From Macrostomum lignano (Eukaryota), in contig NIVC01002444.1 of NCBI GenBank assembly GCA_002269645.1, forward strand, positions 62,001 to 126,000: a DNA stretch of 64,000 nucleotides, written 5' to 3'. Positions 13,055 to 22,500 of this stretch are shown here, piece after piece. Within the stretch, counting starts at the first letter, position 1, and each line of letters begins with the position of its first letter. A model generated the notes under the pieces. It had not been told where the DNA came from. It searched no databases and worked only from the letters and a program-made list of their open reading frames with translations. Both the position numbers and the translations under genes were made by a program.

Positions 13055-13848
13055 CTATGCTCCACCAATCAGATAGCTCAGCCAATCAGATAGCTTAGCC
13101 AATCAGACAGCTTAGCCAATCAGATAGCTTAGCCAATCAGATAACTTAGCCAATCAGATAGCTTAGCCAATTAGATAACTTAGCCAATCAGAGTGGTCAG
13201 CCAATCAGATAGCTTAGCCAATCAGACAGCTTAGCCAATCAGATAACTTAGCCAATCAGATAACTTAGCCAATCAGATAGCTTAGCCAATCAGATAACTT
13301 AGCCAATCAGATAACTTAGCCAATCAGATAGCTTAGCCAATCAGATAGCTTAGCCAATCAGACAGCTTAGCCAATCAGACAGCTTAGCCAATCAGATAGC
13401 TTAGCTAATTAGATAACTTAGCCAATCAGATAGCTTAGCCAATCAGATAGCTTAGCTAATTAGATAACTTAGCCAATCAGATAGCTTAGCCAATCAGATA
13501 GCTTAGCCAATCAGACAGCTTAGCCAATCAGATAGCTTAGCCAATTAGATAACTTAGCCAATCAGAGTGGTCAGTCAATCAGATAGCTTAGCCAATCAGA
13601 CAGTTTAGCCAATCAGATAGCTTAGCCAATTAGATAACTTAGCCAATCAGACAGCTTAGCCAATCAGATAGCTTAGCCAATCAGACAGCTTAGCCAATTA
13701 GATAGCTTAGCCAATTAGATAGCTTAGCCAATCAGATAGCTTAGCCAATCAGATAGCTTAGCCAATCAGATAGCTTAGCCAATCAGATAGCTTAGCCAAT
13801 CAGACAGCTTAGCCAATCAGATAGCTTAGCCAATCAGATAGCTTAGCT
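13055..13848. repeat. 17-bp CCAAT-containing minisatellite (agccaatcagatagctt)
   Basis: About 46 units; short related array at 14810-14885. Confidence 0.95.
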
Positions 13849-14556
13849 AAGCATTAGAAACACTGGAAGAGCTTTTCGTATTGTTTTAATCTAAGTCAAA
13901 ACCGTAACAATTATTTCCTAAATGCTCCGTATTGAAACTGTGTGTGCTTTCCTGTCTTAATTAGCTCGGTAGTAATGCTTCATCATTGCCATGTCTGGTT
14001 TTGGTTTACAAATTAAATGTAATTTAGAGCCTGTATCTTATTGGCTATTTAACGGCATTTTTTGATATTACAATGCGCATCTCCATCATATAGATTTACT
14101 CAACTGTTGTATTGATAGTTTAAGCCTGTACTTATTCATTCAAATAGGCTCATTAACTGCTCTCACCTGTTGCATTAATAGCGCTTTTATTCCAAGCCGT
14201 ATATATTGATCTATATTTTGCGTTCTTCCACTCGGCGCATTTTCCGGCTTTTTCTGTTGCGTTTTTTTTCCAGAACTTTGTTGTATTTTTTGATGTAAAC
14301 AATTCCATTATATATCGAGTGGGAGAATTTCAGATTTTATCAGATACTTCTTATATCCACTTTGTAATTCTGCTGTTGTTGCGGTCCAAGCTTCACAACT
14401 ATTTATTGATCAATTTGCGTATTTGACTTTGCGAGAGCTAAGCTTATAAATGTCACTATACATTGTTTGCGCTGCATATTATCTAGTAATTATTATTGCC
14501 ACAGTAAACATGACAGATAGTTTTAACCTTTTCTCCCCCTGATTTGGGGCCTAGGC

Positions 14557-14770
14557 CAGGAGTCGGCAAACTTTTTTTACCTCAAGGACCAGATAAAGAA
14601 TCCAGTTCATGGCTGCGGGCCAGATGAGAGAGGAAATGAGAGGGAAATCGTAGATAGAGATGAGAGACAAACGATAGAAGATAAGAAAGGAAAAGAAGGG
14701 AAAGAAGAGAGGGGAGAGGCAGAGAAATGGGGAAGAAGAGACAGCAACCTTGAGCGGGCCGGATTGCTAT
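14557..14770 (+). mobile_element. Truncated hAT-like MITE fragment
   Basis: Starts CAGGAGTCGGCAAACT and has gcgggcc(a/g)gat internal motifs typical of hAT non-autonomous elements; no matching right TIR seen. Confidence 0.3.
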
Positions 14771-15395
14771 TGTGAAGTTTCAAAGGTCGGATCCTATGCT
14801 CAGCCAATCAGATAGCTCAGCCAATTAGATTGCTCGACTAATTAGATTGCTCAGCCAATTAGATTGCTTAGCCAATCAGATTGCTCTGCCATCTAAATAG
14901 TTTTAGCTTTTGTCTGGCTAAGTTAGAAAACAGGCATCCAAAGTTGAAAGCCTACAGTAACAACGACAGGTTGGACCATAGACAACACGAACAAATTAGA
15001 CACCTAGAGTCGGGTATCCAGACTTCAATTTATGGTCACAGAGCAATTTGTAGCCAAGTTCCGAAAAAAATGTGGGCTGTCTATGGCCAAACCTGTCAAC
15101 CTGTGTTTCTGTAAGTTTACAAATGAATGACCATTACTCATATAGATTGATTTGATGTTGTTTCAATTGTCGTTTTAATGGATCAGTGCGTTGTTGCTGT
15201 TTTTGCTGTTGTTAGGCATCTGTCTGTGACCATTATTTTGTGCTTGACAATTATTGCTTTATGCGATAAGTTTATTAATCTGCCATGCGCATATCAGGTG
15301 TATTGAGTTATTTAAATTAACAAGAATTTGCTTGCCTAACGATGGCATTTGAAAACGAACTGCTTTTTTAAACTAGTTACTGAACATTTTCTGGC

Positions 15396-16160
15396 TGAGA
15401 GTCATTCTGAGAGTGAGGCTGAGAGTCATTCTGAGAGTGAGGCTGAGAGTCATTCTGAGAGTGAGGCTGAGAGTCATTCTGAGAGTGAGGCTGAGAGTGA
15501 GGGAAGAAAGCGGGGAGGAAGGGAGAGTGAGGGAAGAAAGCGGGGAGGAAGGGAGAGTGAGGGAAGAAAGCGGGGAGGAAGGGAGGGTGAGGGAAGAAAG
15601 CGGGGAGGAAGGGAGAGTGAGGGAAGGAAGCGGGGAGGAAGGGAGAGTAAGGGAAGAAAGCGGGGAGGAAGGGAGGGTGAGGGAAGAAAGCGGGGAGGAA
15701 GGGAGAGTGAGGGAAGAAAGCGGGGAGGAAGGGAGAGTGAGGCAAGAAAGCGGGGAGGAAGGGAGAGTGAGGCAAGAAAGCGGGGAGGAAAGGAGAGTGA
15801 GGGAAGAAAGCGGGGAGGAAGGGAGAGTGAGGGAAGGAAGCGGGGAAGAAGGGAGAGTGAGGGAAGAAAGCGGGGAGGAAGGGAGAGTGAGGCAAGAAAG
15901 CGGGGAGGAAGGGAGAGTGAGGGAAGGAAGCGGGGAGGAAGGGAGAGTGAGGGAAGAAAGCGGGGAGGAAGGGAGGGTGAGGGAAGAAAGCGGGGAGGAA
16001 GGGAGAGTGAGGGAAGGAAGCGGGGAGGAAGGGAGAGTGAGGGAGAAAGCGGGGAGGAAGGGAGAGTGAGGGAAGAAAGCGGGGAGGAAGGGAGAGTGAG
16101 GGAAGAAAGCGGGGAGGAAGGGAGAGTGAGGGAGAAAGCGGGGAGGAAGGGAGAGTGAGG
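15396..16160. repeat. Two abutting 30-bp arrays (gagagtcattctgagagtgaggct-type, then gagtgagggaagaaagcggggaggaaggga)
   Basis: Tandem units upstream of the MTLN-like ORF. Confidence 0.92.
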
Positions 16161-16313
16161 GAAGGTAGTCAGGAAGAGAGGCTATGGAAAGGACAGTGGC
16201 GAGCTTACACAGCCATACGCGCAATGATTACAGAGCCGTGGCCAATTTTCAAATTTATGTACCGCGGTCTTCCAGACTTCACACTTGAGCATTAGAGCTG
16301 TAGAAGCAGCAGC

Positions 16314-16583
16314 ATGCGCTGGTGGCGGGTCGCCAGCTACTGCCTGACATTCGGCCTGGGCTTCGCCTGCGGCTACGGAGCCTACGCGGCAAGGCTGCGC
16401 TTTCTGCGCTGGCGGCAGGACCGGCTGGCTAGGAAGCTGGGCTCCGTGCGGGACCAGCTGCGGCGGGCCACGGGCGGCAGCACAGTCGGGGCTGGGGCTG
16501 CGGCGGCCGCGGCCGCGATCAGACGGCGGGCTGACAGCGGCAGCGCTGAAGCCTCTGCGACTGATGGCGGCGAGGTGCTGTAG
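16314..16583 (+). CDS. MTLN: Mitoregulin (MTLN/SMIM37)-like microprotein, 89 aa; may also be exon 1 of a longer fusion
   Basis: Residues 11-52 align without gaps to recalled human mitoregulin (15/42 identical, including F-x2-G-x3-G and LxWRxxRLxxKL). In-frame stop upstream of the ATG; AATAAA at 16689. Confidence 0.65.
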   Translation: MRWWRVASYCLTFGLGFACGYGAYAARLRFLRWRQDRLARKLGSVRDQLRRATGGSTVGAGAAAAAAAIRRRADSGSAEASATDGGEVL

Positions 16584-16761
16584 ATGGATGAACACTGGCG
16601 CACTGACTGACTTTGTATTCCTATTTGTTGCTACTACAGTTGTACAAGCGAAGTACAATATGTTCCCTGTTAGCTGTTTTATGTTTTAAATAAACGATAC
16701 CAATTTTGCTTTGTATTCATTTTGGAACTTGATTCTTAATTTTAATGCTAGGATACAGGAA

Positions 16762-17558
16762 AGTAGATAGTACAGACAGATAGTACAGACAGGTAGATAG
16801 TACAGACAGGTAGATAGTACAGACAGGTAGTACAGACAGGTAGATAGTACAGACAGATAGTACAGACAGGTAGTACAGACAGGTAGTACAGACAGGTAGA
16901 TAATACAGACAGATAGTACAGACAGGTAGATAGTACAGACAGGTAGTACAGACAGGTAGTACAGACAGGTAGATAATACAGACAGATAGTACAGACAGGT
17001 AGATAGTACAGACAGGTAGATAGTACAGACAGGTAGATAGTACAGACAGTAGATAGTACAGATAGGTAGATAGTACAGACAGGTAGATAGTACAGACAGG
17101 TAGATAGTACAGATAGGTAGATAATACAGACAGGTAGATAGTACAGACAGTAGATAGTACAGATAGGTAGATAGTACAGACAGGTAGATAGTACAGACAG
17201 GTAGACAGAGCTGACAGGTAGACAGAGCTGACAGGTAGACAGAGCTGACAGGTAGACAGAGCTGACAGGTAGACAGAGCTGACAGGTAGACAGAGCTGAC
17301 AGGTAAACAGAGCTGACAGGTAGACAGAGCTGACAGGTAGACAGAGCTGACAGGTAGACAGAGCTGACAGGTAAACAGAGCTGACAGGTAAACAGAGCTG
17401 ACAGGTAGACAGAGCTGACAGGTAGACAGAGCTGACAGGTAGACAGAGCTGACAGGTAGACAGAGCTGACAGGTAGACAGAGCTGACAGGTACACAGGGC
17501 TGACAGGTAAACTGAGCTGACAGGTAAACTGAGCTGACAGGTACACAGAGCTGACAGG
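16762..17558. repeat. Two related 17-bp arrays (gtagatagtacagacag; gacaggtagacagagct)
   Basis: Tandem units between the MTLN-like ORF and the cullin-like exon. Confidence 0.93.
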
Positions 17559-17576
17559 TATTAAACCCTTTCAAAG

Positions 17577-18512
17577 GCTCAAGGCGCATCAAAGCAACTG
17601 CCACCGCTCAGCCCGGCCGATGAGCAGCGGCTGCGCCAGCTGACCGCTTACGTCAGCGAGGCTGTTGGCGAGCCGGCCGCAGCTAAAAGCGGAGGAGCAG
17701 CCGGAGTTGCCGCCTCCGCTCGCGCCGAACGCGCGGCTCAGCTGGCGTCTCAGCTGAGCCGGGCCGGCCACTCCGGGCGCCTGCGCGCGCTCGCCGATGA
17801 CGCTCTGGCCGGCGCCAGACGACGCGCCTGCGCCAGTCTGGTCGGCGCCCTTAGCGGCGACTTTCTGCGCGCCGTAGTGGCCGCCTGTCAGCGGCACCGC
17901 CAGTCGGTCAGCTCACTGGAGTCGGCGCTGAAGTTGCGGCTGGCCGACTCGGCCAATGCCGGCATGCGCGAGGAGGTGCTCGGCTTCCGGCCGGTGGCAG
18001 ACGCTCTGGACCAGCTGCTGGCCGAGCTGGTGTCCGCCGAGCCCCGCACCAGCAGCGACGCCGCGCCCGGAGCCAATCGGCTGCGCGCCCTGTGCGACGC
18101 GCTGGCCTCCGTTGGCGCCTTCGACTCGCTGGTCTGGTCGCGACATCTCCGGCCGCGCCTTGCCGCCGAGTTCGCCGTCCTGGCCGAGTCGCTGCTGGCC
18201 GGCGCCGCCGACGCGGCCGCCTACCTGACCGCCGTTCGGGACGCCGCTGAGCGAGTGGCCGGTCGGGCGGCCCGCCGCTATCGGCCTGAGGTGGCATCGG
18301 CGACGAAGGCGCTGGCGGCCGAGGCTCTGGTGCGGGGCCACTGGGCAACCTGCGTGCAGCTGCTGGCTGCCGACCTGCAAGAGGCCAGCGGCGTCGACCC
18401 GCTGGCCAGGCTGTGCCGCTCCCTGCCCGCTGAGTTCGGCGCCACCCAGCTGCTGGCGGAGGCCGCGCTGGCAGCCGGGGTGGCGCTGCCTGACAGTGGG
18501 GGACTGGCCTGA
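17577..18512 (+). CDS. Large Ala/Leu-rich helical exon (311 aa), cullin-repeat-like; probably exon 2 of the gene starting at 16314
   Basis: Very GC-rich open frame from acceptor tttcaaag|GCT (17577) to TGA 18512, 100 codons longer than the ORF track call. First in-frame ATG is only at codon 130, so an upstream exon is needed; a phase-0 donor GAG|gtgctg is available at 16574/16575. Confidence 0.7.
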   Translation, partial: AQGASKQLPPLSPADEQRLRQLTAYVSEAVGEPAAAKSGGAAGVAASARAERAAQLASQLSRAGHSGRLRALADDALAGARRRACASLVGALSGDFLRAVVAACQRHRQSVSSLESALKLRLADSANAGMREEVLGFRPVADALDQLLAELVSAEPRTSSDAAPGANRLRALCDALASVGAFDSLVWSRHLRPRLAAEFAVLAESLLAGAADAAAYLTAVRDAAERVAGRAARRYRPEVASATKALAAEALVRGHWATCVQLLAADLQEASGVDPLARLCRSLPAEFGATQLLAEAALAAGVALPDSGGLA

Positions 18513-18802
18513 TCTGGCTTTGGGGGACTGGCCTGATCTGACAGGGTGGGACTGGCCTGATCTGACAGTGGGGGACTGGCCTGATCTGACAGTGGCGGAC
18601 TGGCCTGATCTGACAGTGGCGGACTGGCCTGATCTGACAGTGGCGGACTGGCCTGATCTGACAGTGCAGGGGACTGGCCTGATCTGACAGTGCAGGGGAC
18701 TGGCCTGATCTGACAGTGGGGGACTGGCCTGATCTGACAGGGTGGGACTGGCCTGATCTGACAGGGTGGGACTGGCCTGACCTGGCAGGGTGGGACTGGC
18801 CT
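18490..18802. repeat. 23-bp minisatellite (ggactggcctgatctgacagtgg) overlapping the stop codon at 18512
   Basis: About 13 units. Confidence 0.9.
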
Positions 18803-19569
18803 AGTTCGTGACTGATTGGGAATTAGATCGGTAGGCTATTAGCTACTCATAACTTTCAGTAGCATAGTAAGCACATCTGTGTCCATTCAGTACTGCCAGC
18901 TCGTACAAATGCTTTTTATACCTACTTTTTCATAGACTGTGATTCCCCAGTTTACTAGCGTGTAAAAAGTGTGCCTTATTCTACTTAAGTCAGTAGTGTG
19001 TTGCGGTGCTTATCAATGAATACTTGCTAATAGCTTTTTGCATTTTTTATCGATGTGGATTGCAGAGTTCTTTTAACAGCTTTTTTACGTAACCGAGAAA
19101 TATTTTATAGAAGTTTATTTCAAATACTTGGAAATTCCGATCTATTTTTTGAGGCCGTTCAATTGACATTCACGTATCAGTGCTCAAAATAGTTTTGTTT
19201 TTTAGACTTTGAAGTAGTCGTTTCTTCAGCAACAATACATTGCCAGTTTAGCCTGAAAGCAGCAGGACTTTATTGTTTATTTATTTATTTGCAAATTTGC
19301 AAATTGACAATAAACCGGGGGTTGCTGGTTTCTACTATCAGTAGTACACTCGGTGCATTATACTTGAACTTCGAGTTCTTCTTCAAAGTTGGTAAACACC
19401 AGGCTGCGGCTGTTGCTGGTATTGGCAGCAACAATGGAAGCCTCGCTATTGATGCCGCGAATGGCGCGCTGCGACTCCGGCTGGCATGACCGGCTGGGGA
19501 GGCGAGTGTGGTGATTGGAAGATTGGCAGCGCGCATTCGAATCCCGTTGCTTGTGGGATAAATTGGCAA

Positions 19570-22500
19570 TCATGGGCCCTGCCGCAAATCAAAGCAACAG
19601 TCGATCCGGGGGCAGCTAGGGGGAGCCAACCAGTCAAGCATTCCACTGAAGCTCAAAACTTCACAGATTCGAAACTTCACAGAATCGAAACTTCACAGAA
19701 TCGAAACTTCACAAAATCGAAACTTCACAGAATCGAAACTTCACAGATTTGAAACTTCACAGAATCGAATCTTCACCATATCGAAACTTCACAGAATCGA
19801 ATCTTCACAGAATCGAAACTTCACAGAATCGAACCTTCACAGAATCGAACCTTTAAAGAATCGAATCTTCACAGATTCGAAACTTCACAAGCTCGAAAAT
19901 TCACAAAATCAAAACTTCACAGGTTTGAAACTTCACAGAATCGAAACTCCACAGAATCGAAACTTCACAAAATCAAAACTTCACAGGTTTGAAACTTCAC
20001 AGGTTTGAAACTTCACAGAATCGAAACTTCACAGAATCGAAACTTCACAGAATCGAAACTTCACAAAATCAAAACTTCACAGAATCGAAACTTCACAGAA
20101 TCGAAACTTCACAGAATCGAAACTTCACAGATTCGAAACTTCACAGATTCGAAACTTCACAAAATCGAATCTTCACAGATTCGAAACTTCACAGGTTCGA
20201 AACTTCACAGGTTCGAAACTTCACAAAATCGAATCTTCACAGATTCGAAACTTCACAAGCTCGAAAATTCACAGAATCGAAACTTCACAGATTCGAAACT
20301 TCACAGAATCGAATCTTCACAGAATCGAATCTTTACAGAATCAAATCTTTACAGAATCGAATCTTCACAGAATCGAAACTTCACAAGCTCGAAAATTCAC
20401 AGAATCAAATCTTCACAGAATCAAAAACTCACAGAATCGAATCTTCACAGAATCGAATCTTTACAGAATCGAATCTTCACAGAATCGAATCTTCACAGAA
20501 TCGAAACTTCACAAGCTCGAAAATTCACAGAATCAAATCTTCACAGAATCGAAACTTCACAGAATCGAAAATTCACAGAATCGAAACTCCACAGAATCGA
20601 AACTTCACAGAATCGAAACTTCACAGAATCTAAACTTCACAGAATCGAAACTTCACAGAATCGAAAATTCACAGAATCGAAACTTCACAGAATCGAATCT
20701 TCACAGAATCGAATCTTCACAGATTCGAAACTTCACAGGTTCGAAACTTCACAGGTTCGAAACTTCACAAAATCGAACCTTCACAGATTCGAAACTTCAC
20801 AAGCTCGAAAATTCACAGAATCGAAACTTCACAGATTCAAAACTTCACAGATTTGAAACTTCACAGGTTCGAAACTTCACAAAATCGAATCTTCACAGAT
20901 TCGAAACTTCACAAGCTCGAAAATTCACAGAATCGAAACTTCACAGATTCGAAACTTCACAGAATCGAATCTTCACAGAATCGAATCTTTACAGAATCAA
21001 ATCTTTACAGAATCGAATCTTCACAGAATCGAAACTTCACAAGCTCGAAAATTCACAGAATCAAATCTTCACAGAATCAAAAACTCACAGAATCGAATCT
21101 TCACAGAATCGAATCTTTACAGAATCGAATCTTCACAGAATCGAATCTTCACAGAATCGAAACTTCACAAGCTCGAAAATTCACAGAATCAAATCTTCAC
21201 AGAATCGAAACTTCACAGAATCGAAAATTCACAGAATCGAAACTCCACAGAATCGAAACTTCACAGAATCGAAACTTCACAGAATCTAAACTTCACAGAA
21301 TCGAAACTTCACAGAATCGAAAATTCACAGAATCGAAACTTCACAGAATCGAATCTTCACAGAATCGAATCTTCACAGATTCGAAACTTCACAGGTTCGA
21401 AACTTCACAGGTTCGAAACTTCACAAAATCGAACCTTCACAGATTCGAAACTTCACAAGCTCGAAAATTCACAGAATCGAAACTTCACAGATTCAAAACT
21501 TCACAGATTTGAAACTTCACAGGTTCGAAACTTCACAAAATCGAATCTTCACAGATTCGAAACTTCACAAGCTCGAAAATTCACAGAATCGAAACTTCAC
21601 AGATTCGAAACTTCACAGAATCGAATCTTCACAGAATCGAATCTTTACAGAATCAAATCTTTACAGAATCGAATCTTCACAGAATCGAAACTTCACAAGC
21701 TCGAAAATTCACAGAATCAAATCTTCACAGAATCAAAAACTCACAGAATCGAATCTTCACAGAATCGAATCTTTACAGAATCGAATCTTCACAGAATCGA
21801 ATCTTCACAGAATCGAAACTTCACAAGCTCGAAAATTCACAGAATCAAATCTTCACAGAATCAAAAACTCACAGAATCGAATCTTCACAGAATCGAATCT
21901 TTACAGAATCGAATCTTCACAGAATCGAATCTTCACAGAATCGAAACTTCACAAGCTCGAAAATTCACAGAATCAAATCTTCACAGAATCGAAACTTCAC
22001 AGAATCGAAAATTCACAGAATCGAAACTCCACAGAATCGAAACTTCACAGAATCGAAACTTCACAGAATCGAAAATTCACAGAATCGAAACTCCACAGAA
22101 TCGAAACTTCACAGAATCTAAACTTTACAGAATCTAAACTTCACAGAATCGAAACTTCACAGAATCGAAAATTCACAGAATCGAAACTTCACAGAATCGA
22201 ATCTTCACAGAATCGAAACTTCACAGAATCGAACCTTCACAGAATCGAAACTTCACAGGTTTGAAACTTCACAGAATCGAACCTTAAATGAATCGAATCT
22301 TCACAGAATCGAATCTTTACAGAATCGAATCTTTACAGAATCGAAACTTCACAGAATCGAACCTTCACAGAATCGAACCTTAAATGAATCGAATCTTCAC
22401 AGAATCGAATCTTCACAGATTCGAAACTTCACAGGTTCGAAACTTCACAGGTTCGAAACTTCACAAAATCGAACCTTCACAGATTCGAAACTTCACAAGC

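Noticed and set aside
15349-16224. RGG/RE-rich repeat ORFs
   Set aside because: 30-bp purine-rich arrays open on both strands; no splice or start context.
16182-16658. 158-aa minus-strand ORF
   Set aside because: Antisense shadow of the GC-rich MTLN-like exon.
19358-19573. 71-aa minus-strand ORF ending FEEELEVQV as an alternative last exon
   Set aside because: The phase from exon 24405..24202 favours the acceptor at 19645 with stop at 19570; this ORF probably lies in the 3' UTR, though an alternative acceptor cannot be excluded.
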